Assembly (NCBI GenBank): GCA_951406725.2
Contig: OX597828.1
Location: 54,746,001-54,810,000, forward strand
DNA from: Octopus vulgaris
Lineage: Eukaryota
Direction: 5' to 3'
DNA length: 64,000 nt
The translations under genes and the position numbers were made by a program. This document shows positions 41,264-53,260 of the stretch, piece by piece. Position 1 is the first letter of the stretch; the number at the start of each line of letters is the position of its first letter. The notes below the pieces were generated by a model. That model was given only the letters and a program-made list of their open reading frames with translations. It ran no database searches and was not told the origin of the DNA.

Positions 41264-41809
41264 GATAAGATAATCTGGGCGTGTACCTCGAGAAGCATTT
41301 CTAAAGACTGCGCCTGATGCAGAAGTGGAATATCCCTCCAGGAAACTGTTTCGAGAAGAAAAAAAACCCAGAAGATCCGCTGAGGTTTGCTTTGCACTTA
41401 ACTGATTCTATCTTTAAGGTAGCAACAGAGATAAGCCCCTTCTATTCTTCATTATTCTGTTTTTCTTTTTTCCTTCTTTTTCCCTTTTCTTGATAAAATT
41501 CTAGCTTTGAACACCACCCATCCTATTATACATTACTAAATGTTTCGTATTAAACAAGTTATTTCTGTGTATTGCTTTCATAAAAGGTTCTAATGAAACA
41601 ATGGTATAAGCAGCTACGTAATATATATTACACAGCCTGCACGACAAGGGCATTATTAGCAGATATCCCTACAAACATAACGCTGCGAGGATAGTCAGCA
41701 ATAATGAAATAAATGTAATAGCATAAACTCAAATCTTCTACTTGAATTTAACATACACACGCGCCTGTTCCCGATCCAAATGCAAGTTATAGCTCCAACA
41801 TAGACCTAC

Positions 41810-42335
41810 CGTTCTAATTTTAAGAGATGAGGGATTATTACATTATTTACATTTGACGGATATTTGTCCTCATATTGTTTGTTGTTAACACAACGTTTCG
41901 GCTGATATACCCTCCAGTCTTCATCAGGTGTCTTTGGGAAATTTCGAACCTGGGTTCTCATTCCTAAGGTATTTTTCGATGTCATCATTATTTAGGTCCC
42001 TACTTGGAATCGAACTCGGAATCTTGGAGTTGGTAGCCAGTACGCCATATGCCCTTGGGCAATTACGGAGTGAATTTTAGGGCTTATAAATCTAATATTT
42101 TCCTATCCTTCCTTAATACCGGTTCCCATATACTACTCATATCTGCACTTGATCTGCTTAGGAGGTTGTTGTGTCCTAGCATATGTGCTGTTTCTTTTAG
42201 TTTTCATATTTTCCAGTGTTCTTTGTCTATTATTTTAAATTCATCCCACAGGGGGAGGTGGTCTCCGTTTTTCCAAACATGATCAGCTGTACCCGATTTA
42301 TCAATATCTCCTCTTGTCACAGCTTTGCGATGTTC
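41810..42335 (-). mobile_element. Penelope-like element 3' end (GIY-YIG C-terminal region plus pseudo-LTR)
   Basis: Minus-strand EHRKAVTRGDIDKSGTADHVWKNGDHLPLWDEFKIIDKEHWKI*KLKETAHM..LSRSSADMSSIWEPVL, followed by a hammerhead motif. Confidence 0.85.
41887..41932 (-). ncRNA. minimal type I hammerhead ribozyme (Penelope-associated)
   Basis: GACAC-CUGAUGA-A-GACUGG..UCAGCC-GAAA-CG-UU-GUGUU: conserved core, 5-bp helix I, stem II, palindromic ACGU stem III. Confidence 0.75.
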
Positions 42336-42336
42336 T

Positions 42337-42415
42337 ACTGTAGCCTCGAATCGACCAAGGTCTTGTGAGTGGATTTGGTAGACGGAAACTCAAAGAAGCC
42401 CGTCGTATATATATA

Positions 42416-42478
<63 letters not shown>

Positions 42479-43010
42479 TGATAGATATATTAGCGTGATT
42501 ATTATATATATATATATGTGTGTATGTTTGTGTGTGTGTGTATGTGTGTGTATAAGGTGGCGTGCTGGCAGAAACGTTAGCACGCCGGGCGAAATACTTA
42601 TCGGTATTTCGTCTGCCACTACGTTCTGAGTTCAAATTCCGCCGAGGTCGAATTTGTCTTTCATCCTTTCCGCGTCGATAAATTAAGTACCAGTTGCGTG
42701 CTGGGGTCGATCTAATTGACCGGTTCCCTCCCCCAAAATTTCGGGCTTTGTGCCTAGAGTAGAAAAGATTATATATGTATGTATGCATGTGTGTGTGTAT
42801 GTATGCGTGTCTATCTGTCAGTGTTTGTCCTCCCACTACCGCTTGACAACAGGTGTTTGTTTGTTTATGTCCCCGTAACTTAGTGGTTCAGCAAAAGAAA
42901 CCAGGCTTAAAATATAAGCAGTGGCGTCGATTCATTCGATAAAAATACTTAAAGGCAATGCCCCAGCAAAGCCACAATTTAATGACTGAAATATGTAAAA
43001 GATAAAAGAT
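42337..43010 (+). mobile_element. family C SINE with a full family A SINE (42556-42767) nested in its microsatellite
   Basis: C body 42337-42410, microsatellite, A copy, microsatellite, C tail 42820-43010. Confidence 0.85.
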
Positions 43011-43675
43011 ATATGTATACGAGTGTGTGTGTATGTGTGGGGGGCGTGTGGTGTACTTTTACGAATCAATGTACATATGAATAGATTCATGTATATGTGT
43101 ATATGTGTAGGTGTGTGTATCTAGAAACGTATGAATATGTATTAGATGAAGCAGAACAAATATTCATTCAACATGTTTTGCTCCCAGACATGTTTTACCG
43201 CCATCACGACCAATTATCAATCCTCGAAGACAGTCTTGCAATGCAACAAAGACATAAGTTCACCGCGGAAACTGCTCCGAGCATGTTCGATAGCCGATTC
43301 TTTGACACTAGCATCGATAAACCCGCAAGAACTATCCACGAATTTAAAGTTTTTGACCATTTCATTCGCTGCCAATCTTATTACAGTCTGGCTTTACGTA
43401 GTCACGAAATTCTCTAGAATTCGGTACCATTCCCTTTCTTGGATATCAGAAAGAAGTAACGGAATCTTGCGTTTAGTCAAATTTCTTCTTAATCTCTTCA
43501 TCCCATCCCCGAAGATATAGAGATTTTCCTTGAAGAAATGTTTGCAGACTATCATAGTTTGGGTGGCACTAATCCAATTTCACTTCGTCCGTATTCACGT
43601 TCATGGAGAAACACATCTGCTCACACGTCTACACATACACCCATTCACACTCACACACACACACTCACACACACA

Positions 43676-43727
<52 letters not shown>

Positions 43728-43899
43728 GATACACAAATACATACATACATGCACATCTTCATATTTTCGCATGGACGAACACGCATCGGAGCTTCTATTG
43801 GACTGATCTTTCAAACTATTATGAGACCGTTTGCAGTTTATGGCAGTGGTGTTGATGGTGGTATGGAGGACAGTGGAACTCTTGGTCGTGCTGATGATG

Positions 43900-43975
43900 A
43901 TCATGATAGTGAAGACGATGACGCCGACGACGATGACGACGACGACGACGACGAGGATGGTAGTGGTGGTGATGA

Positions 43976-44009
<34 letters not shown>

Positions 44010-44106
44010 GGTGGTGGTGGTGGTGATGATGATGATGGTGGTGGTGGTGGTGGTGGTGGTGGTGGTGGTGGTGGTGATGATGATGGTGGTGGTGGTGGTG
44101 GTGGTG

Positions 44107-44140
<34 letters not shown>
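43900..44140. repeat. GAT/GAC/GGT trinucleotide tract
   Basis: Directly visible. Confidence 0.95.
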
Positions 44141-44404
44141 CAGTGAGATGCGATTTACGTTTTGCGTAAACCATCAACGTTTTCCTCCGTCATGGTCGCT
44201 TTACTGCGATGGTCTTTTTAAATAAATTAACCAGAATTGAGATTATAAAAGCAAACGACTCCAATTCCGAACACCTTCCTGCTTTAACTGTAATTATATA
44301 CACTGAGGCGGGTCTGTATTGGATTGTGTGAGTGTGTGAGTGTATATAAGAATACGCATATATACACTCACACACACATGCATCTGTGTATACGCATCTT
44401 TTAT

Positions 44405-44615
44405 CTTTTACTCTTTTCAGTCAGTAGATTTCGGGAATGCGGGGGCACTGCCTTGAACAATGTTTTAGTTGAATGGATCAACCAAACTACTTATTTTCTT
44501 TTTCAGCCTGGTATGTATTCTCCCGATCTCTTTTGCCGAACCGCTAAGTTATGTAAACACACCAGCAGCAGTTGTCAATCGGTGGTGAAGGACAAGCACA
44601 GACACAAAGATACAC
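44405..44615 (-). mobile_element. family C SINE 3' half
   Basis: CTCTTTTGCCGAACCGCTAAGTTA and the reverse complement of the tail. Confidence 0.75.
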
Positions 44616-44672
44616 ACACACATATATATACATACATACATACATACATACGTACGTACATACATACATACA

Positions 44673-44706
<34 letters not shown>

Positions 44707-44919
44707 CATACATACATACATACATACATACATACATACATACATAAATACACACATTCATATATACATACATACACACATACATACATACATACATACA
44801 CACACACATATACAAATCACGTGATCACGTGACAGACCAGGCTATCATATGTTGTTATACATCGCCGGTCGCAATCCATTTTTTTTGCATTGTTTTAGCC
44901 TTCAAATGACGTCATCCCG

Positions 44920-45048
44920 CTCGCAATCTCCTGCGACTCTTCTGGACGGTCTCCTTGTTTAAGTTGGTCAATGCTGCCATAATCCTTGCCTTCAGTTCAA
45001 CTGCGCCCCACATAGCAAGATTCAATGGGTTTGCAGTCTTGGGAGTTG
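44920..45048 (-). pseudogene. Tc1/mariner-superfamily transposase C-terminal fragment (possibly DD37D-like)
   Basis: Minus strand gives degenerate NSP-DC-NPL..YVWGAV and ELKARIMAALTNLNKETVQKSRRR. Confidence 0.6.
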
Positions 45049-45090
45049 TGTGTATATACGTATATATATCGGTTTGCTAAGCCATCATCG

Positions 45091-45137
45091 GACTGTCCGA
45101 TGATGGTTTAGCAAACCGAAACTTCGAAGTTACTGTC
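45091..45137 (+). ncRNA. hammerhead-like motif (CCGAUGA variant)
   Basis: GACUGU-CCGAUGA-U-GGUUU AGC AAACC-GAAAC UUCGAA GU-U-ACUGUC: stem II, palindromic stem III, helix I 5/6 paired. Confidence 0.55.
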
Positions 45138-45197
45138 AATATCATTCTTGTTAAAGAATTATGCATACATAGACATGCACACATACGCACACACACG

Positions 45198-45270
<73 letters not shown>

Positions 45271-45413
45271 GCACACAACTTTGTGTTTTGCTTAGAAGCA
45301 ATACACGGTACCAGAATTTTCGACTCGAGTCAAATACGGCGAAGTTCTCCCAATCCTCGTTTGGCAATTTCAAAAATTTGAAACCATTGTTATTATTATT
45401 TTTTATTTTTAGT

Positions 45414-45602
45414 CGGCGAGCTGACAGAATGGTTAGCACGCCAGGTGAAATGCTTGGCTGTATTTCGTCCGTGTTTACGTTCAAATCCCGCTGAAGTCGA
45501 CTTTACTTTTTATCCTTTCGGAGTCGACAAATTAAGCATCTCTCCTCACATATTTCAGGCCTTGTGCCTTTTGCAGAAAGGATTACTATTATTATTATTA
45601 TT
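45414..45602 (+). mobile_element. family A SINE with (ATT)n tail
   Basis: GGCGAGCTGACAGAATGGTTAGCACGCC head; AGGCCTTGTGCC..GAAAGGATTACTATTATT tail. Confidence 0.8.
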
Positions 45603-45870
45603 CAAAAACTCTTACATGCTAAGTTAATTAGCAAGTGTGTTATCTTGAAGTTTGTTGACATCAGTCAAGTCTGTGCCAATCACAAGAATCTTTCTGATGT
45701 TTCCTGTTGAATACAGGATTGTACTTCTCTACAGGACGACAATACGAACCTTGATTCCAGTACCTTCCAGCCTCTTAGATAACAGTTTGGGTATGATGCC
45801 AAATGAACCAACTACCTCAGGAACAATTTTCTTCCTTATCGAGAGGTCATCTTTATATTCTACAATATTT
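45603..45870 (-). mobile_element. degenerate R4/Dong-like LINE 3' end
   Basis: IVEYKDDLSIRKKIVPEVVGSFGIIPKLLSKRLEGTGIKVRIVVL*RSTILYSTGNIRKIL resembles the RLE C-terminus seen at 15488. Confidence 0.65.
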
Positions 45871-46545
45871 TCATCTCCCTCTCTCTCTCCCTCTCTCTTC
45901 GTGGAGTTCCATATATTTCTCAGTCTTTTCATTTTCCTTGATATTCACTCTGCGATCATCCAAAACAGTGGAATGAATATTAATCGGGTACCGTTACTGA
46001 ATCGATAGTTTCACTGTAGATTTACTTCCGTCACTTTACGTTCTGAATTTAAATCTTCCCGAACTGGGTGTCGTCTTTTCTTTCATTTGCTACCTTCTGG
46101 AATGTGATTTAAATAACTGCGGCTAACAGTGAAGAACTCAAATTTGGAAATAAATCAAATTCTTCTGGCCACCCGCTCTTCTTTCTACCCCAACCACGTT
46201 TTTGTGCCTGTATTAGAAATCAATATTTAGATTACAGAGAATTAACAAAAGAACTTGTGAAAAACGATGGCTTAGTTCTTACTATCAGTGGAATATTAAA
46301 ATTGTCAGATGTCTTTGTGAATATTTAGTTGCTATGACGAAACTAGTGAAGTTATCTAAAAAGTTATCTTTGATTGACATGATAAACAAGTTAATAGTTG
46401 ATTAAATATATCAAAGATATTAAATATTAATGTTTAATTAAAACAATAATTAACAGTCTTCTACGTTTTCTTGTCATTTTTACATTTTAGACTTTAATCG
46501 TTATTCCTTGGTATGTGCCTATGCATATGTCCTTGTTTAAATATG

Positions 46546-46579
<34 letters not shown>

Positions 46580-46583
46580 TGTA

Positions 46584-46614
<31 letters not shown>

Positions 46615-46968
46615 GTATGTATGTATGTATGTAAGCAGATATGAATGTATATGTCTGTATGTATATGTATGCATGTATGTATTTATAAATGTATCTAAGT
46701 GTGTATGTATTTCTATATATTTATGTGTGTGTGTGTGTGTGTGTGTATGTATCTATGTATGTATATATGTATGTATGAATGTATTTATGTATTATGTATG
46801 TATATGTTAAACTATCGATCTTTTACACTCGACACCGTTGAATTGGAAGAGCGGTCAGCCTCATCATGTAAACTCTCATCAAGTAACATATGCTAGTAGT
46901 TGGTTATGTCATCCGTCTTGATTTTAAACATCGAAAACAATTATTTAATTTGCAGATAAGTTAAAATA

Positions 46969-47508
46969 TTGGGTTGTCCGGAAAGTTCGTGCCGATTTAT
47001 AGTAACTTACCTTTCGACTTATTTTAGAACATGGTTGAGTCCATAAAATAGGATTTGACTATACCTCCATTTAGAGCACCGTTTAAGCTATCTTTTCGTG
47101 GAAGATGGTTTATGTTCCTATAACCTGTATTAATTCTGTAACCCTTTAAATTGGAAGATAAGAAAGTTCATTTTCGGCACTTGATGCTTTGAGAACCAGA
47201 CAAAAATTGCTGCAGCTCGGCTGGGATGTGTTACCCCAGCCTCCATATTCACTTATCCAGGTCTCTGCAGAATAGTTTTAATGACAAAAATTTCAATTCC
47301 TTGGATGACGTAAAAAGATACCTTGATGAATTCTTTGCCATGAAGCCACCTCAATTCTGGGAAGAGGGTATTTTCAAGTTAAAGGAAAGATGGAGCCGCA
47401 TTGTGCAACAAAATCGTTCATATTTGGTTGATTATAAATGTAATGGCAAGTATTTATTGACCTCTTTCTTACCTTTAAAAATCGGCACGAACTTTCCGGA
47501 CAACCCAA
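46969..47508 (+). mobile_element. mariner internal-deletion derivative with perfect TIRs
   Basis: TIR TTGGGTTGTCCGGAAAGTTCGTGCCGATTT and its exact reverse complement, TA TSD. Remnant LGWDVLPQPPYS..RSLQNSFNDKNFNSLDDVKRYLDEFF..EEGIFKLKERWSRIVQQNRSYLVD. Confidence 0.93.
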
Positions 47509-47569
47509 TATTTGTGCGGTGGATTTCCTCTACAGACAAGTTAAGAATCTCAAATGTTGGTATGATGCA

Positions 47570-47985
47570 GGTATGGCAATGTGGTTTTGCAACCAAATGG
47601 TTCCGGGTTCAGTCCCACTGCAAAGCACTTTGGGCAAGTATTCTCTTACTACAATTGCAGGTCGATCAATGCTTTGTAAATGAATCGGTAGACAGAAACT
47701 GTGCGGAAGCTCGTTGTATATGCATACACGTCTGCGTGTGCGCATTTTTGTGCCCATGTTTGTATTTGTTTCTGGTCGAGTTTGACAATCTGTATTGGTT
47801 TGATTACGTCCCTGTAGCTTAGTGGTTCATCAAAGTGAGTGAGAGAGTGAGAAAGAGAAAGAGAGAGAGAAAGTACCAGAGTTAAAAAAAGTACTGGGGT
47901 CGATATGTTCGGCTAAATCCTGCAAGGTTGAACCCCAGCATGGCCGCAGTCCACTGAATAATACAAGTAAAAGCTAAAAGATTTT
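47570..47985 (+). mobile_element. degenerate family C SINE
   Basis: ATGGTTCCGGGTTCAGTCCCACTGC..CCAGCATGGCCGCAGTC. Confidence 0.8.
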
Positions 47986-47989
47986 TTTA

Positions 47990-48335
47990 AATCAGTACTG
48001 GTTCAGCAAATACTTGTAGGATATCGTCTTCTAAGAAATCTCTGGCTTCCATATTTTTAAAGTATGGTCCAATATCTTTTCGCCATTCTGTTCCCATCAT
48101 CTTTGTATGATATTTTCATCAATGTCAAGGTATTTGCAATACTCACAGTGTGGAACAGGGGAGACAGAAAGATCATTGATGTAAAGGATTTGTGGTTTGG
48201 GAAAACAGTTTTTTCTGCATTCAGCTGTCAAATATGAACATTTCTTTTGGCCAAATTCCATCCCTGTAGCAGCAGAAAATGCTGTTACTAAATCCAGCTG
48301 TTTCTCACCAATGTAAAAGTTTCTTGAAAAGATTT
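47990..48335 (-). pseudogene. R4/Dong-like reverse transcriptase fragment
   Basis: KQLDLVTAFSAATGMEFGQKKCSYL..YCKYLDIDENI..KIWKPEIS (late RT and thumb motifs). Confidence 0.7.
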
Positions 48336-48932
48336 TTATGTATGTATGTATGTTTGTATGTATGTATGAATGTATGTGTGTGTGTATGTATGTATGTATG
48401 TATGTATGTATGTATGTATGTGTGTATGTATGTGTGTATGTATGCATGTATGTATGTATGTATGTATGTATGTATGTATGTATGTATGTGTGTGTGTATG
48501 TATGTATGTATGTATGTATGTGTGTATGTATGTATGTATGCATGCATGTGTGTATGTATGTGTGTATGTATGTGTGTATGTATGTGTGTATGTATGCATG
48601 TATGTATGTATGTATGAATGTATGTGTGTGTGTGTATGTGTGTGTGTATGTATGTATGTATGTATGTATGTATGTATGTATGTGTATGTGTGTATGTGTG
48701 TGTGTATGTATGTATGTATGTATGTATGTATGTATGTATGTATACATATATCACTTCACACTATTCTACTCCAGCACACATCAAGCCACACAACCCACCA
48801 GCCGCCCCATTCCTCCTCAAATCCCACACCATACCATACCACCCAAACCACCATATAATTCCGCACTATACCACGCAAAAAAACACACACACACACCAAA
48901 TAAAATGAAGTACTACTCCTACATCAAGAACG

Positions 48933-48965
<33 letters not shown>

Positions 48966-49055
48966 TTACTGCTGCTGCTGCTGTTACTGCTGCTGCTTGT
49001 ACTACTACTACTACTGCTACTGCTGCTTGTACTACTACTACTACTACTACTACTG

Positions 49056-49087
<32 letters not shown>

Positions 49088-49145
49088 ACTACCACTGCTA
49101 TTACTGCTTCTGTTGCTGCTGGTACTACTACTACTGCTGCTGCTG

Positions 49146-49218
<73 letters not shown>

Positions 49219-49220
49219 AG
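48336..49220. repeat. (TATG)n tract followed by a CTA/CTG trinucleotide tract
   Basis: Directly visible. Confidence 0.95.
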
Positions 49221-50030
49221 CACAGACGTATAAGACGCCATCCAAATAAAACGAAAGGACTAAAAGAATAGAGTACCACTCACCAAAACTCCGAAATCCA
49301 TCTCCCAAACTCTGCCTGCTTACTCTAATTTTCTACAGCTACTACTACTGTGTTTGGTTCCCAGACTCATTTAACTATACATCTCCTCCATTCCAGTCCA
49401 CCTAAAGGACTCACGTGTCTTTACCTTGTCCCCCGCCATTCAAAAATTTGCGATAAACATCAACCACGATATCTGAAGGTTCTGTGAATGCTATGACTAT
49501 TGCTTCCTTTTGTTTGTTTTTTTTTACACAATGGTTCTTATGAAGATCTTCTCATGGCTATGAAGATAAGAAATCTGATATGATATGGCCATATAAGAAG
49601 TTCCAAACCATTCTTCTTGTAACCGTGGAAGATAAACAAAGAAAGGTGACAGTGGAAAATATGGACAAATAACGGCAATGAATGGGCAGATAAATCGTTA
49701 AAACGGATCCGATCTCCGGCACAACCACGACAGATGGAAAAAAAAATACTTGCGTACCATTTATTGCGATAGCACCATAACTTGAGTAGAAATTGGAAGT
49801 TCAGCACAAAACAATATCTCACTGCAAATCTCAACACTATGCACAATCACATTGAGACAATCGCACTAATTTATTACTTGGAGGGACACTGTATTTTGTT
49901 ATGCAACTATAATCTATTACAAAGTGTATTAAAAGCTCTATAAGTCAATACTGCGTTCTATTGTGTTAGCAGTGCTATTAAATCATATGTTAAGGTTATC
50001 TCTACATACTTTCAATTAGAAATTATAGAT

Positions 50031-50076
50031 ATGATACTGAAGAAGGAGCAAAAAGTCCTGAAATACGTATATACAC
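50031..50076 (+). ncRNA. minimal hammerhead ribozyme motif
   Basis: GAUA-CUGAAGA-AGGA..UCCU-GAAA-UACGUAUAUA; palindromic AUACGUAU stem III, weak helix I. Confidence 0.55.
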
Positions 50077-50600
50077 CCATTACTTATTCTTCCATCTTTG
50101 ATCGCATTGTTGTTTACATTAGACTATTTGGATACGAAATGACATAACAAATCAATGCTGACTATAATTTTATATAGCCAAATCTGTAGAGTTAAACATG
50201 TAACCTCACTAATGACTATCAGTCTAAAGCGTCACATCACCACACACTTACTACACTATACTCACCACATTTCACACTACCACTCTACAGACCACCACTG
50301 CCAGCAACAACACTACTATCACCACCATTATCCACACCACCTCCACCTTTATCACAGGTACTACCACCACCAGCAAAACCACCACCAACAACAACAACAA
50401 CACCAAAGCCAACACCAATGCTGCTACCGCTACGAAACACATTCTCAATTTATTAAATTTGACTTCAATATAATTTTTTAAAAGTCCTCCTTTGTCTGAG
50501 TATGTGTGGTTATGTAAGTAGTCAATTCTGTTAATCTTCATCCAGACCGACGGAATTTCATTCACTTCTCTTTTATTTTGAACGTTCATTTACATTTAAA

Positions 50601-50666
<66 letters not shown>

Positions 50667-50710
50667 CATGTATGTATGTATGTATGTATGTATGTATCTA
50701 TCTATCTATC

Positions 50711-50748
<38 letters not shown>

Positions 50749-51068
50749 ATATATATATGTATATATATATGCATATATACATACTCACACAGACATGCAT
50801 ACATTCATACATACGAACACATATATATATACATGTATATATACGTATATATACGAATACACTCACACACAATACATACTATCAACACGCGGAAGTACAC
50901 TTATCTATATACACTTTTCTATATACACGCATATACATATATGGACGTTCATATGCATGTATAAATACAGGCATTCACAAATATATTTATAAACATATAG
51001 ACACATGCTTTTATACAGACATAAAAGCATACACACATAAATAAATATAATCATATTTATAATTAGAG

Positions 51069-51350
51069 GAGGCGCAATGGCCCAGAGGTGAGGTCAGCGG
51101 ACTTGTGGTCGGAGGATCGCGGTTTCAATTCCCAGATCGGGCGTTGTGTGTGTTTATTGAGCGAAAACACCTAAAAGCTCCACAAGGCTCCGGCAGTGGC
51201 GACCCCTGTTGTACTATTTCGCCACAACTTCCTCTCCTTCTCTCTTCCTGTTTCTTGAGTAACGCTGCGATGGACTGGCGTCCCGTCCAACTGGGGGGAG
51301 CACATACGCCGGGAAACCGGGCCCATGATCCTGGCTAGGCTTGAAAAGAC
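51069..51350 (+). mobile_element. tRNA-derived SINE with V-domain-like segment (family E)
   Basis: Head GGCGCAATGGCCCAGAGGTG..GGTTTCAATTCCC; CTGCGATGGACTGGCGTCCCGTCCA resembles the V-SINE central domain as I recall it. Confidence 0.7.
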
Positions 51351-51932
51351 CGTTGTTTGTTTTTTTTAATATGCGAGAATGTATTTTTATTAATTATATT
51401 AATTTATTTTTCTTGTTTTATTCAATATTGTAGCAGACTACTCAAGTTCAGATTTACCCGTGAATTCCTTGTTTGCTGATATCAACAATAAGAGCTTAAA
51501 AGCGCTCGCTGTTGGTGGGTGGCGGAAATATAAATCAGAGAATAGGATAAAATGAATAATCATAACAATATGCAAAGAATAAAAGAAAACAAAAAAAACA
51601 TGGGAAACAAACAAGCGACGGAATAGGCTGCAGTGGTGTAATATGAATGTATTAATATCGGAAAAGGGTGAGTTAACTCAGCTGGGTCCTGCGAGTTGGT
51701 ACAATGGCTGTGGCGACTACATTGTCGGCGAATTATTTCAGGGGAGATCTATTTTGAAACAAGCTCAAAGATAAAGAAATTGAATAAGAACAGCAAAACA
51801 AATAAAGAACATGACGCAACTGCAGTCACACACACATGCACACACACACACACGCACACACACACACACACATACGCACACATTTGTGTGTGTGTGTACA
51901 CACTCACACACTCTCACACACATATATTTGTT

Positions 51933-52014
<82 letters not shown>

Positions 52015-52276
52015 TGCATATTTATGTGTGTATATATATATTTATATGTATATAATGTATACGTATATGTATGTATATATATATAGATAAAGCACACACA
52101 CATATATTTAAACATATATACATACGCACACATATATATACATATGTATATTCTAAGTATTAGAAATATTCACGCACAAATGCACTCACAGATATATTCA
52201 CACGCACATAAACATAGAGATAGAAATAATCACACGTTGACACACGCACTCTCCCGTACACAAAACACACATAGAT

Positions 52277-52311
<35 letters not shown>

Positions 52312-53220
52312 ATACACACACACATTGCTCACATAAGCGCACACGCATACTCACAACACAATCAGATGTAATCATACCCAAACACAAAATGGAATTAAAT
52401 AGAGACCACACACAGCAAAATAAAAATGATGACGATGATATATAAAAATGAACTCTATCTTAAAATTTGCCTCTGTGAAGTGCAAAATCCTGGCAATTAA
52501 CTGATATAAGAAATGGTTTTGTAACTGCAGATAGAAAGATATGGGAATAAGAGATGCATGTCATATGACTGCATAGTTTTACACGTTTGATTTGAAATTA
52601 TGTGATGATGTGTTGGACCTCAGAGGGTAATATGTTGTGGAGCAACAAATGAAATTTAATATTGTTAGGGTTTGGGTTTGAGTTGGTGAAGCTGTATCTG
52701 TCGACGTCAGAAACGTGCAATGGCGAAGGGAATATCTGAATATTAAAATCCTGCTAACATTGCGTTGGGAAATAAGATGCAGATGAGAGGACTCAAATAC
52801 AGCGTGACTGAGCAGAGAAATAGCGATTGGCATATCGAGTGGTGTTGTCTGGAGATTGTATGCAATTAATTAGAGTTCTTCACTTAACGTTTGACATGTA
52901 ATCAGTTGAATATATTTTCTGGTTCCAGTACAAACAAGAAGAAGAAGCGGTACATCATAAGTATAACTGTTTGGAGAATATCCTTATAGATAGCAGAACG
53001 AGGACGATATACTCGAAATGTTGAGAATGTTACGAAAAATGACATGCACCAGAATGGCCTCCTCCCAGCACTTGTTTTATTTGTTCCTTCCCCATCCTCC
53101 TTCCTTATCTCCCACTCAATCTCTGTAAGTCTTCTTTTAATAATTTTCTATTCAATTTTCTATTCATTCTCAGACTTTTTCAACTCTATCCTTCACCAAC
53201 AGTAAACTTCGACGCCAGAA

Positions 53221-53260
53221 CCTTTCCTGACGAAGGGTTTTGATCCGAAACGTTAGATTT
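53221..53260 (+). ncRNA. degenerate minimal hammerhead motif
   Basis: CUGACGA-A-GGG UUUUGA UCC-GAAACGUU; helix I imperfect. Confidence 0.5.

Noticed and set aside
43530-44225. 231-aa Asp/Gly-rich ORF with a hydrophobic start
   Set aside because: Built from CA, CT and GAT/GGT repeats; similar tracts occur throughout the window.
49530-49893. Possible Tc1/mariner end (..TTGGAGGGACACTGTA)
   Set aside because: Only one putative TIR and no transposase motif found.
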